Part shown: positions 29,153-38,251 of the stretch, piece by piece | Position numbering within the stretch: position 1 is the stretch's first letter | How the letters are laid out: each line of letters starts with the position of its first letter | Source of the DNA: Candidatus Curtissbacteria bacterium RIFCSPLOWO2_02_41_11 | Lineage (GTDB): Bacteria; Patescibacteriota; Microgenomatia; Curtissbacterales; GWA2-41-24 | DNA length: 64,000 nucleotides | Direction of reading: 5' to 3' | NCBI GenBank assembly: GCA_001775055.1 | Contig: MFBU01000009.1 | Location: forward strand, 382-64,381 | The notes under the pieces: generated by a model | Seen by the model: the letters and a program-made list of their open reading frames with translations, nothing else | The model's database searches: none | Told to the model about the DNA's origin: nothing | Position numbers and translations under genes: made by a program

Positions 29153-29920
29153 GTGGTTTTATTTCTTATTCTCTTTTTTATTCTAGGAACCGCCGTTGGC
29201 AGTTTTTTGAATGTGGTTATTGACAGGACTACTCAAGGCCAGTCGATACTCGGCAGGTCTTATTGCGATTACTGCCGCGCGACGCTTGGGGTAGTCGATC
29301 TTATTCCCATTTTAAGTTTTACGGCGCTTTCTGGCCGATGCCGGCATTGTCGAAAAAAACTTTCATGGCAATATCCAATTGTAGAGACGGTGACAGGCTT
29401 ACTTTTTGTTCTCTCATTTCTTATATTGACAGTAAGTGGCCAGCTTACGATTACTACTCTACTCTACTATTTTTTTCTCATATCAATTTTAATCGTGGTG
29501 GCGGTTGTTGATTTTAAATTCTCGCTAGTACCGACAACTTTGGTTTTTTTGGCATCACTGCTCGCGCTTTTTTATAATTATTTTTTTCTAACATCAGGTC
29601 AATTTGTCCAAAGTGTAGCGGCAGCATTTGGCACAGCTGTTTTTTTTCTGGTGATTGTTATTTTAACTCGCGGCCGGGGCATGGGCGAAGGCGATGTGGT
29701 GCTTGGTTTTTTGATCGGCATGGTTTTGGGCCTAAAAGAGTCGGTGCTGGCCATATTTCTGGCGTTTTTAATAGGAGCAATTATTTCACTTTTTCTTATA
29801 ACACTTGGCAAAAAGCACTTTGGTCAGACTGTTCCCTTTGCCCCGTTTTTGTCTTTGGGATTTTTGATTAGTCTTTTTTGGGCAAAGGAGATTATTAACT
29901 GGTATTTAATGCTATATTGA
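29153..29920 (+). CDS. pilD: Prepilin peptidase
   Basis: GSFLNVVIDR, RS.C..C, GRC..C, GMGEGD and VPFAPFL motifs. Confidence 0.95.
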   Translation: MVLFLILFFILGTAVGSFLNVVIDRTTQGQSILGRSYCDYCRATLGVVDLIPILSFTALSGRCRHCRKKLSWQYPIVETVTGLLFVLSFLILTVSGQLTITTLLYYFFLISILIVVAVVDFKFSLVPTTLVFLASLLALFYNYFFLTSGQFVQSVAAAFGTAVFFLVIVILTRGRGMGEGDVVLGFLIGMVLGLKESVLAIFLAFLIGAIISLFLITLGKKHFGQTVPFAPFLSLGFLISLFWAKEIINWYLMLY

Positions 29921-29924
29921 TGTT

Positions 29925-30539
29925 ATGAGGAAGGGTTTTGGTCTGATCGAATTTATGATCGTGATTACGGTTTTTGGAATCGCGACTGCCGTTATCACCG
30001 CCTCATTTTTAACATTTGAGCGCAATCAACGCCTAAAAAGCGCCGCCAGTATGTTAAAAAATGACATCAGGCTAATTCAAAACAAGGCACTCGGTGGGGA
30101 TAAAAGTACACCTAACTGTTCCAAAGTAACCGATCCTGCTCCGGTTTTGGTTGGTTGGTACCTGAACGTGGTTAAAGGTTCGAGTGAGTATACGTTAAAT
30201 AGCGATTGTAGAAATAAAGATAGTATTGAAGACCCTGATATTCTAATTAAAATTGTTTCATTGCCACGGGGGGTTAAAATTAGCGATGTACAATACGGGA
30301 ACAGTTCTCCTGTTTCAAAGGATGCCATCAACGTTTTATTCCAACCTTTAACACATAACACATCATTCCATGATGCTTTGCTGGCAATTACTCCCCCTTT
30401 TCTTGATAATTCGGGAAATCTAAAAGATCTATTGGGTTCATTACCTCAGGAAATGCTTAGTATTATTTTAGCCGGAGACCAAGGTGGAACTTATAAAGTT
30501 ATTGTCCAGCCTTCAGGAGAAGTTAATGAGCAAAAATAA
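29925..30539 (+). CDS. Minor pilin (FimT/GspH-like)
   Basis: KG|FGLIEFMIVI site; C-terminal V...GEV. Confidence 0.8.
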   Translation: MRKGFGLIEFMIVITVFGIATAVITASFLTFERNQRLKSAASMLKNDIRLIQNKALGGDKSTPNCSKVTDPAPVLVGWYLNVVKGSSEYTLNSDCRNKDSIEDPDILIKIVSLPRGVKISDVQYGNSSPVSKDAINVLFQPLTHNTSFHDALLAITPPFLDNSGNLKDLLGSLPQEMLSIILAGDQGGTYKVIVQPSGEVNEQK

Positions 30540-31017
30540 GCCAGATACCAGATACCAGATACCAGATACCAAATTTCTCGGTCAATCTCTCATCGAGGTT
30601 GTCATCGCCATGGCTGTTATTGTCGGTTTGGCTGTGGCTTTGGTGACTACGACTTTGGTTGTCCAGAAAGCATCAAGGACGGCCAAAAATAATACTCAGG
30701 CTACGAAGTTAGTCCAGCAAAATATCGAGCAGGTAAGAGTTTATAGGGACCGCAAAGGCTATGCTTCTATCCCCGATGGAGGTAGCTGTTATACACTATC
30801 CTCAGGTGATCCAGATCCCCTTAGCTGGTTCTTTTCTGCTTCTTTTGACTGTTCTGGAAGTGGGCAGCAAATTACTTTGGGTAAGACCAATTTCGACAGA
30901 AAAATAAAGATTGAAACTGATGCTAGTACAAAAAAGGTTACTGTTACCGTTTCTTGGACAGATTCTGGCGGAACCCAGTCGGTTAGTAATCAAACCATTC
31001 TATCTTCAGGCCTCTAG
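30526..31017 (+). CDS. Minor pilin (PilV-like) with (CCAGATA)x4 in the leader
   Basis: ATG 30526; G|QSLIEVVIAM site; KKVTVTVSW. Confidence 0.8.
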   Translation: MSKNKPDTRYQIPDTKFLGQSLIEVVIAMAVIVGLAVALVTTTLVVQKASRTAKNNTQATKLVQQNIEQVRVYRDRKGYASIPDGGSCYTLSSGDPDPLSWFFSASFDCSGSGQQITLGKTNFDRKIKIETDASTKKVTVTVSWTDSGGTQSVSNQTILSSGL

Positions 31018-31061
31018 GTTTTTTTGCCTCTCGAATCCTCATTTGTGGTAAATTGTAATTA

Positions 31062-31739
31062 ATGCCCTTCCATAAAGTATCTAGTATCTGGTATCTAGTA
31101 TCTGGTATTAAATATACTAAATACAAAATACTAAATACAAAATACTGTAAAACCAAAGGCTTTACCCTCATTGAGCTTTTGGTTGTTTTGGGGATTTTGG
31201 CGGCGGCTGTTGGGGCTTCCATGATTTTTCTTACCTCTGTTTTAAAAGGGACTAATCAGGCTAATGTGACGGCCGAAGTTAAGCAAAACGGCCAAGTAGT
31301 TTTAGATTCACTGGAAAAACAGATTCGTGGTGCTACTGATGTGGAGTGTGCCAATAGTGCGGGGAACTCCGTTGATTGTTCCGATGCATCTGCTTCTCTT
31401 AAATACTTAAAGCTTGTGAGATCGGATGAAGACCCGTTACATATCGGGTGTTTTTTGGATAGTCTACCCAAAACAGAAAATGGCTGGATAGGCATTGTTG
31501 AGTCAGCTCTAGCTTATCCTTCATCAACAAACTATGTATCGGTTACAAATAAAGATGCTATTTCAGGAGTTGATATTCAGGATTGTAATTTTAAGGTATC
31601 CTCTGCATCTTCTGGAACAACTTCGCCATCGGTAGTTTCCATTAGCTTTATAGTCAATCAAGGAATTGACGCACCTTCACGCGCGGATTTTTTGGCTAAT
31701 GCTAAATTCGAGACGACGATATCGCTGAGAAACTATTAA
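31062..31739 (+). CDS. Minor pilin (PilW-like) with a 5+5 heptamer hairpin in the leader
   Basis: KG|FTLIELLVV site; C-terminal FETTISLRNY. Confidence 0.8.
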   Translation: MPFHKVSSIWYLVSGIKYTKYKILNTKYCKTKGFTLIELLVVLGILAAAVGASMIFLTSVLKGTNQANVTAEVKQNGQVVLDSLEKQIRGATDVECANSAGNSVDCSDASASLKYLKLVRSDEDPLHIGCFLDSLPKTENGWIGIVESALAYPSSTNYVSVTNKDAISGVDIQDCNFKVSSASSGTTSPSVVSISFIVNQGIDAPSRADFLANAKFETTISLRNY

Positions 31740-31743
31740 AGTT

Positions 31744-31800
31744 ACAACTGACATTTGACCCACCTTCGCTAAAGCTACGGTGGGCAAGCAATTGACAACA
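31744..31800. repeat. Palindromic element nested inside a heptamer array
   Basis: acaactg acatttg a[cccaccttcgctaaagctacggtgggcaag]caattg acaaca. Confidence 0.7.
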
Positions 31801-31832
31801 GAGGGCTATTCTACCTAAACTGGAGTTAGGAG

Positions 31833-32618
31833 ATGAAAAAGAAGAAGGGACAGGTTTTGGTACTTGTTTTATTGGTTGTCGTAGTAGCCTTGGCTGTTGG
31901 CCTTTCGGTGGCTAGCAGAAACCTGACCAATCTTAGAACGACTACTCAAACCGAACAGTCTCAGAGAGCCTTTAATGCAGCCGAAGGCGGGATAGAGAGT
32001 ATTCTTCCAAATTTAGCTACAGTTGCGGAAGGGCCTCAACCAGCAATTCAAGTGGGTAATCTTGAAGCCAATGTCACTGTTAATAAAGAGACTGAATACT
32101 TCTGGACGATTCCAGAAGGAGAAGTTGGTCAGGTTAAATTGGATGACGCAACCGGTAGCCCGACTGAGATTCAAATTGAGTGGGTCAAAACCGGTGATCC
32201 TCAAGAAGATCCGACACCGCCGCTCAGCGGTACTCCTGCCTCGGTTGAGATTACGAGAATCGATGAGACTGCAGGTAATTTTACCCAACAGAGATTTGCC
32301 TTGACAGGTGGATCGGCAGGGGTAAACGAGCAGGGTTTTGATTCTCCAAGTAATTGTTCTGCCGACTTTGTGAAATGTACAAAAATTGGTTTTCCAAGTA
32401 ATTCGCGAATTTTAAGAATCAGACCCTTTTGGAATCAGGCGACGGTTAAGGTAACATCTGTTGGCGGTAGCCTTCCCGATCAGCAATATACTATTACTTC
32501 ATCGGCAACGTCCGAACTTGGATTGACTAGAAAAATTGAAGTTACCAAAACAGTTTTGCCGCAGCTGCCGGCGGTTTTTGACTATGTTTTGTATTCTGAA
32601 CGAGATATTGTTAAGTAA
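31833..32618 (+). CDS. PilX-like minor pilin
   Basis: KG|QVLVLVLL (no Glu5); SQRAFNAAEGGIE. Confidence 0.8.
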   Translation: MKKKKGQVLVLVLLVVVVALAVGLSVASRNLTNLRTTTQTEQSQRAFNAAEGGIESILPNLATVAEGPQPAIQVGNLEANVTVNKETEYFWTIPEGEVGQVKLDDATGSPTEIQIEWVKTGDPQEDPTPPLSGTPASVEITRIDETAGNFTQQRFALTGGSAGVNEQGFDSPSNCSADFVKCTKIGFPSNSRILRIRPFWNQATVKVTSVGGSLPDQQYTITSSATSELGLTRKIEVTKTVLPQLPAVFDYVLYSERDIVK

Positions 32619-32647
32619 CAACTGACAACTGACATTTGACAAAAAAT

Positions 32648-32902
32648 ATGAATAAACGGACAAAATTGATACTTTCCATAATTGGCGCCAGCGCTATTAT
32701 AATTCCGGTGATTTTACTTTTAGTGTTAACTAAAAATCCCGGTCAAGATCTTCAACTTTCCTCCGACAAAAGATCGATTGATACAAAAACCATCGAGGAG
32801 TCCGTTAAGAATGTTCCAAAGCAACAACAAATTTTTCCCACGCCTAGTCCAGCAACTCCTTCGGCAAGTCCAGCCTCCGAAGGAAGCCCTTCTGCTAACT
32901 AA
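32648..32902 (+). CDS. Small single-TM protein with Pro/Ser-rich tail
   Basis: ATG 32648 preceded by caactga caactga catttga. Confidence 0.65.
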   Translation: MNKRTKLILSIIGASAIIIPVILLLVLTKNPGQDLQLSSDKRSIDTKTIEESVKNVPKQQQIFPTPSPATPSASPASEGSPSAN

Positions 32903-32907
32903 ATATT

Positions 32908-32958
32908 ATGTCTGCCCGCACATTTGGTCTTGATATAAATTTCAGGTATGTTTTTTAG
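32908..32958 (+). pseudogene. Truncated duplicate of the pilM 5' end
   Basis: Encodes MSARTFGLDINFRYVF*, versus PilM MSAKSFGLDI. Confidence 0.6.
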
Positions 32959-32976
32959 ATTGTTTTAAAAGTATTT

Positions 32977-33999
32977 ATGAGTGCTAAATCATTTGGCCTT
33001 GATATTGGAAGATCGTTTATTAAAGCTGTGCAAGTCGAGGCCAAAAATAATAAAAAGGTCTTAATGGCGGCTGTCAGTAAACAAACACCTTCAGGCGGTA
33101 TACAGTCAGAATCGCCAGTTGATTTAGGTAAGGTATCCGATGCCATTAAGGCTTGTGTTGATGAAGCTAAAATAAGTACGGACAAATGTGTTGTTTCACT
33201 AATTGAATCTCAAGTGGTGGCCAGATTAATACAATTGCCCACTCTAACAGATAAAGAGCTTGCAGCAGCAATTAATTGGGAAGCGGAACAGTATATTCCT
33301 TTGCCGATTAAAGATGTTTTTCTTCAATACAAAGTTGTCTCGCGGCCTCAAGAATCAAGCACCTCCGGCAAGATGGATGTACTTTTAATTGCTTCGCCAA
33401 AAAGAGTTATTCAAAAATACTTAAATGTGGTTAGAAATGCCAATCTTCGACCAGAGATACTTGAAACTGAATCAATTGCTCTTGTTAGGGCTCTTACCAA
33501 GAGTGAGGATCCTGCTACTATTGTTGTCTCGCTGGGAGCGCTTTCCAGTGAATTAATTATTGCTTACGGAGGCAACGTGCTTTTTACCAGATCAATCGCA
33601 ACCGGGGGCGTGACTTTGACGCGCGCGGTTATGGCTGAATTTAACCTGCCTCAGGCTCAAGCAGAAGAATATAAGCAAACATATGGTATTTTAGAGGATA
33701 AGCTATCTGGAAAGGTTGCGGCAGTCCTCAAGCCAATTTTAGATATTTTAATTTCCGAAATTCTTAAAGCAGTTGAATTTGCCCACTCTCATGTCGAAAA
33801 TTCTCAGATATCACGCATTGTCATCTGCGGCGGGGGTGCTTATTTACCTGGACTCCCAGAATTTTTAGCAGAGAGGACTAGCTTTGAAGTTTCATTAGGT
33901 GATGCTTGGACTGATTTTGTCAAAGAGGGTTTGATATTAAAACTACCGGGTCAAGGCAGTTTCTATTGTGTAGCGACTGGTCTTGCACTGAGACGTTAG
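32977..33999 (+). CDS. pilM: Type IV pilus assembly protein PilM
   Basis: FGLDIG, WEAEQYIP, ICGGGA and VATGLALR motifs. Confidence 0.93.
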   Translation: MSAKSFGLDIGRSFIKAVQVEAKNNKKVLMAAVSKQTPSGGIQSESPVDLGKVSDAIKACVDEAKISTDKCVVSLIESQVVARLIQLPTLTDKELAAAINWEAEQYIPLPIKDVFLQYKVVSRPQESSTSGKMDVLLIASPKRVIQKYLNVVRNANLRPEILETESIALVRALTKSEDPATIVVSLGALSSELIIAYGGNVLFTRSIATGGVTLTRAVMAEFNLPQAQAEEYKQTYGILEDKLSGKVAAVLKPILDILISEILKAVEFAHSHVENSQISRIVICGGGAYLPGLPEFLAERTSFEVSLGDAWTDFVKEGLILKLPGQGSFYCVATGLALRR

Positions 34000-34050
34000 G
34001 TTTGGACAAATAGAATGAGTTTTTGTTACTCTTAAAAGAGAGAGTCTAGT

Positions 34051-34590
34051 ATGGCAGACATAAATTTATTGCCAAGTGAAGAAAGAACCGCGGAAAGGAT
34101 TGATTTAGCCAGAAAAAAATTACTGGCAGTGTCAATTGTAATATTGGTTTTTACGGCTATATCAACTTTAGCAACACTTGGTTTTTATACCTCGCTTGTT
34201 TCTAAAAGGTCGCAGTTTGTAAAAGATGTTCAGAGCAGTTCAGTTGCCATCAGTGATCTCCAGGCAACCGAAGAGTTAATTACTGTTCTTAAAGCTAAAG
34301 CCTCAATTGCAGACAAAATTCTTTCAACAAGGAGTAACCTGCCTAGTTTTTTTAGTCAACTGGAAGAACTTGTTCCACAGAGTCTGTATTTTTCAGATCT
34401 CAGGCTATCCGCTGATAAGGTAGTAATTTCCGGAAAAGCCAGATCATCTGCAGATATGGCTGGGTTTGTTACTGGGCTTTCATCACAAAAAGGGGCACAG
34501 ATTGTTTCAAATGTAACTATTGATTCTTTAAGTTCAGACGAGTCAGGGGCCTATACTTTTGTGGTTTCTGCTCAACTTGTGGGTAAGTAA
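34051..34590 (+). CDS. pilN: PilN
   Basis: N-terminal INLLP plus TM helix; position after pilM. Confidence 0.85.
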   Translation: MADINLLPSEERTAERIDLARKKLLAVSIVILVFTAISTLATLGFYTSLVSKRSQFVKDVQSSSVAISDLQATEELITVLKAKASIADKILSTRSNLPSFFSQLEELVPQSLYFSDLRLSADKVVISGKARSSADMAGFVTGLSSQKGAQIVSNVTIDSLSSDESGAYTFVVSAQLVGK

Positions 34591-34592
34591 AA

Positions 34593-35375
34593 ATGAATTT
34601 ACCAACCGTTGCACTGCCAAAAATCGGTAATGAGGTTGATTTATCAAGATGGATAAGTTTAGGGGCGCCTGGAGGTGCGATAGCGATCTCTTTAATTATA
34701 TTGCTATTTATCATTTGGCCGAAGTTCACCCAAATATTGCAGCTAAAAAGCGATAATCAAGAACTTTCTGGACGAGTTCAAAATCTTAATTTAAAAGCCC
34801 AAAAATTGGCAAGTTTTGATAAAGAATCTCTTGATTTGAAACTGGGAGCAAGTGAGCAGCTTTTGCCTTCAGACAAGGGCGTTTTTTCTTTGGTTACGCA
34901 AATAGAAAGGACAGCAGCTACATCTGGCGTTCTCCTTAATAGGGTAGATCTTGCTCCGGGATCGTTACATGATACTGGAGACAGTAAAAAAACAGCCAGT
35001 AGCTCTAAACCGGGTTCCCAAGCTGATATAGGCCAAAATTTTCAGTTAAAGGTGTCGGTAACGGGCGATTATAAATCATTTGAACAATTTTTAAAAAACA
35101 TATTTTCTGTTTCTCGGATTTTGGCAATTAAGGATTTAAATCTTTCTGCCTCCACTTCATCATCCGGCGAAGGTTCTCAGATGAGGGCTGCAATGACCAT
35201 AGATGCTTATTGGCAACCGTTGCCAAAAGAACTCAATTCTATTGAATCTCCTATCGAGGATTTAACGGAGACTGAGCTTGCTATTTTAAATCAAGTAAGT
35301 TCAACTGGAACAGTTAGCACACCTTCGATTCCTTCAGTGCCCACAGGAAAAACCGATCTCTTTTCTTCATTTTAA
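34593..35375 (+). CDS. pilO: PilO
   Basis: TM + coiled coil + LLP, G.Y..F..FL...; follows pilN. Confidence 0.75.
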   Translation: MNLPTVALPKIGNEVDLSRWISLGAPGGAIAISLIILLFIIWPKFTQILQLKSDNQELSGRVQNLNLKAQKLASFDKESLDLKLGASEQLLPSDKGVFSLVTQIERTAATSGVLLNRVDLAPGSLHDTGDSKKTASSSKPGSQADIGQNFQLKVSVTGDYKSFEQFLKNIFSVSRILAIKDLNLSASTSSSGEGSQMRAAMTIDAYWQPLPKELNSIESPIEDLTETELAILNQVSSTGTVSTPSIPSVPTGKTDLFSSF

Positions 35376-35392
35376 GAACCGTTTACTTTCTT

Positions 35393-36088
35393 TCATTTAT
35401 TTTTATCTATTTTTATCAAATCCGGCCGATACTTTCTGGTGCGTTTGGCAGCTTGTTTCCGTCGCCAATCGGATATTTGTTGATGATTGCCGGATAGAAG
35501 GATTTTAGGAATTTTGAGGCCACGGAAGTTTGCTGGACGGGTGTATTGAGGATATTCGAGATTACCCCACGCTTCGCGTGGGGACCCCAAAGAGAAGGAC
35601 TCGGACTTTAGAGATTCCGGGTGGATGACATCTGGAATGAGCCGGGCGACCGAATCGACTACGGCCATGGCAGCGATTTCGCCGCCTGTCAGGATAAAAT
35701 CGCCGATTGAGATTACTTCGTCGACATATTTTTCAATTCGGGCGTCAGTGCCTTCGTAATGGCCGCAAATGATTGACAATCGTTTCTTTCTCGAAAAAAA
35801 GACTGCTTTCTGCTGGTCATATTTTTTACCAGACGGCGAAAGAAGAACCGTATATGGCTTGGGTTTGATAGTTTCCAGCGCATTGACCAAAACATCAACT
35901 TTAAGGATCATGCCTTTTCCTCCACCATACGGTTTGTCATCAACGATTTTGTGTTTATCTTTGGTAAAGTCACGAATATTGACCAATTTAATCTTGATTA
36001 TCTTTTTTTCTCTTGCACGCTTGAGGATGCTCGATGCGGTAATCGTCTCAAACATTTCGGGGAAAAGAGTTAAGATGAAGAATGTCAT
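35393..36088 (-). CDS. trmD: tRNA (guanine37-N1)-methyltransferase
   Basis: LTLFPE, VDDKPYGGG.GM, CGHYEG.D.R, SIGDFILTGGE and LEYPQYTRP motifs. Confidence 0.98.
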   Translation of the reverse strand: MTFFILTLFPEMFETITASSILKRAREKKIIKIKLVNIRDFTKDKHKIVDDKPYGGGKGMILKVDVLVNALETIKPKPYTVLLSPSGKKYDQQKAVFFSRKKRLSIICGHYEGTDARIEKYVDEVISIGDFILTGGEIAAMAVVDSVARLIPDVIHPESLKSESFSLGSPREAWGNLEYPQYTRPANFRGLKIPKILLSGNHQQISDWRRKQAAKRTRKYRPDLIKIDKNK

Positions 36089-36115
36089 TTGCGTTTTTAC
36101 AGAAACTTCGAAGAC

Positions 36116-36349
36116 TTAGGCCTCTTGAACTTCTACAGTTGCAAAAATATTTTCTTTAATAGCTCTAATTTTAAGAAGATTTTTAATAGATTTAATCATT
36201 TTGCCGTCTTTGCCGATAACTTTAGCAATATCGTCCTTGGGAATGGTTATTAAATATTTGAGACCGTTTTCTTGCTGAATTGGATCTATTTTGATTTTTT
36301 TGATATCAGAAACCAAAGGCTCGATTAAGGTTTTGAGAAGATCTTCCAT
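36116..36349 (-). CDS. khpA: KH-domain RNA-binding protein (KhpA/YlqC-like)
   Basis: D.AKVIGKDGK.IKSI; lies between rpsP and trmD. Confidence 0.85.
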   Translation of the reverse strand: MEDLLKTLIEPLVSDIKKIKIDPIQQENGLKYLITIPKDDIAKVIGKDGKMIKSIKNLLKIRAIKENIFATVEVQEA

Positions 36350-36356
36350 AAGATTT

Positions 36357-36433
36357 GTCTAATGCAGAATGACTAAGGTCTAATGCTTGATTTTTCTTCT
36401 GGTTTTGCGTTGGTCGTTCGTCTTTTGTCATTT
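36357..36433 (-). repeat. Heptamer inverted element forming the rpsP C-terminal extension
   Basis: mRNA reads aaatgac aaaagac gaacgac caacgca...atcaagc attagac cttagtc attctgc attagac. Same family as 5710-5772. Confidence 0.65.
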
Positions 36434-36660
36434 AGCTCACTGAGAAGTTTGGTTACTGCTTCGGTTGGTTTTGCTCCTCGCAAAATCCAAAAATTCATTC
36501 TATCATCTTTAATCTTTAACTCGGGTTTGGCATGCGGATTATAAAAACCCAGGTTCTCCAAAAATTTACCGTCTCTTTTGCTCTTGGCATCTTGGGCAAC
36601 TATGCGAAAAGAAACTTGATGTTTTTTACCAACTTTTGTAAGACGAATTCTGACGGACAT
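36373..36660 (-). CDS. rpsP: 30S ribosomal protein S16
   Basis: VRIRL...GKK, RDGKFLE.LG.YNP and GAKPTEAV motifs. Confidence 0.97.
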   Translation of the reverse strand: MSVRIRLTKVGKKHQVSFRIVAQDAKSKRDGKFLENLGFYNPHAKPELKIKDDRMNFWILRGAKPTEAVTKLLSELNDKRRTTNAKPEEKSSIRP

Positions 36661-36679
36661 TTTGCAATTATCTCAAACT

Positions 36680-37369
36680 TTAGCCTTTTAGTCTAGCTAA
36701 GGCATTTTCGGCGGCATTTTGAGCAGCTTCCTGTTTATTTTTACCGACACCTTTGCCTAGCAGTTTTTCTTCCAAATAAACGCCGATTTCAAAAATGCGG
36801 GCATGATCGGGTCCCCAACTGCTTTGCAGCCGATAGGTGGGAGAATGATGGTATTTGCGTTGCAGAAATTCTTGAAGTTTGGATTTATTGTCAGAAACGG
36901 CTGATTTGGCCAGAGTTTGCCAATTTGTCAGCATCATTTTTTTCAAAAATTCCTCGGTTTTTTCGATTCCTTGATCAATAAAGATTGCTCCGACTAATGC
37001 CTCGAAACAATTAGCCAGAATTGAACTATTAATCCTGCCGCCGGATTCTTCTTCCCCCTTTGAAAGATATAAATAATTGCCCAGTTTTAGACTTTGAGCC
37101 AATTTTGCCAAAGTTTCGGTTCGAACCAGCGATGCGCGGATTTGAGTTAATCTTCCTTCGGTACTTTTTGGTAACTTTTCATACAAAAAGCGCGAAACTA
37201 CCAGTGAAAGAATCGAATCTCCAAAAAATTCAAGGCGTTCATTTGAAGGGCCTTTATAGTCCTTATGCTCGTTTAGATATGACCGATGGACAAAAGCATT
37301 TTTAAGGAGCTTTTGGTCGTTGAACTGAAATTTTAGGTCTTTTTGAAGGTCCAACAATTTAGCCGGCAT
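36680..37369 (-). CDS. rnc: Ribonuclease III
   Basis: HRSY.NE, NERLEFFGD, FEALVGAI and dsRBD. Probable start ATG 37369. Confidence 0.97.
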   Translation of the reverse strand: MPAKLLDLQKDLKFQFNDQKLLKNAFVHRSYLNEHKDYKGPSNERLEFFGDSILSLVVSRFLYEKLPKSTEGRLTQIRASLVRTETLAKLAQSLKLGNYLYLSKGEEESGGRINSSILANCFEALVGAIFIDQGIEKTEEFLKKMMLTNWQTLAKSAVSDNKSKLQEFLQRKYHHSPTYRLQSSWGPDHARIFEIGVYLEEKLLGKGVGKNKQEAAQNAAENALARLKG

Positions 37370-37604
37370 TGTCAATGTTTTCAAAGAGATAATTAACTAT
37401 ATCGGAAACTTTTTTGAAAGTTGAAACCTTTTCAGGCGGAATTTGAATTTGGTATTTATCCTGAATAGTTTCTATCAAATCTTCAAGATCAAGCTCGGTA
37501 ATATTAAGGTCCGCCTCAAGTGAGGAATCTTCCTCGATATTTTCCGGATCAATGCCAAATTGTTTTACGATTAAGTTTTTAAGATCTTCGAGATAATCGA
37601 CCAT
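37359..37604 (-). CDS. acpP: Acyl-carrier-protein-like protein lacking the phosphopantetheine Ser
   Basis: Acidic 81-aa ACP pattern directly upstream of rnc; DLNITELD in place of DLGADSLD. Confidence 0.75.
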   Translation of the reverse strand: MVDYLEDLKNLIVKQFGIDPENIEEDSSLEADLNITELDLEDLIETIQDKYQIQIPPEKVSTFKKVSDIVNYLFENIDNAG

Positions 37605-37611
37605 GGTTTAA

Positions 37612-37707
37612 GGGTATCACGAGTTGTCAGAGTACCACGAGTATCAGGAGCTCTCTTGACTTTTCAGCTCGTGGTACTTTTGATACTCTTGGTACCCATA
37701 ATACTCT
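37612..37707 (-). repeat. 9-mer hairpin element overlapping the nusB 3' end
   Basis: gggtatcac gagttgtca gagtaccac gagtatcag ... gtggtactt ttgatactc ttggtaccc ataatactc. Confidence 0.85.
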
Positions 37708-38065
37708 TTGATTTGACTATTGAGCCTAAAACGCCATTAACAAAGCTACCGGATGCTTCAGAACCATATTGTTTGGCGATTTCGACTGCTTCATCAATGA
37801 CAACTTTATACGGTTCTTTGTTTTTTTTGAACAAGAGTTCAAAGATAGCAAGCCTAAGCGTTGCCAGGTCAATTGGGGCGATTTGGTTAAGTGGCCAGGT
37901 AGGTGCGTGTTGGGTAATTAGCTTGTCGATTGCTTTTTGTTTGGTAATAATCTTTGCGACCATTGAGGTTTTGGCAATTTTCAAATTTGATCTAAAGTTT
38001 TTTTCAAACAAAGCTTTAACTGTTTGAACTCTCATTTTATGTCTTGGATCACTTTTTCTTTTCAT
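37664..38065 (-). CDS. nusB: Transcription antitermination factor NusB
   Basis: IDLATLRLAIFEL and KVVIDEAVEIAKQYG...S..FVNGVL motifs. Confidence 0.96.
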   Translation of the reverse strand: MKRKSDPRHKMRVQTVKALFEKNFRSNLKIAKTSMVAKIITKQKAIDKLITQHAPTWPLNQIAPIDLATLRLAIFELLFKKNKEPYKVVIDEAVEIAKQYGSEASGSFVNGVLGSIVKSKSIMGTKSIKSTTS

Positions 38066-38243
38066 TGGCCATTTTTAACGCTACCCCCTCTTTATAGAAC
38101 CCGCAGGTAGGACAGACTCGATGTGGTAATTTGAGATTTTGACATTTTGAGCAGGTTACAAGATGCGGTAAGGATAGGTTAATTGCAGCCTTTCTGGTTT
38201 TGGTTCTGGCCTTAGCGTGTTTTTTCTTAGGTAAGGGAGCCAT
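38049..38243 (-). CDS. rpmF: 50S ribosomal protein L32
   Basis: MAPLPKKKH, C..C...KLPHRVC..CGFY. Confidence 0.96.
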   Translation of the reverse strand: MAPLPKKKHAKARTKTRKAAINLSLPHLVTCSKCQNLKLPHRVCPTCGFYKEGVALKMANEKKK

Positions 38244-38251
38244 ATAAATAA

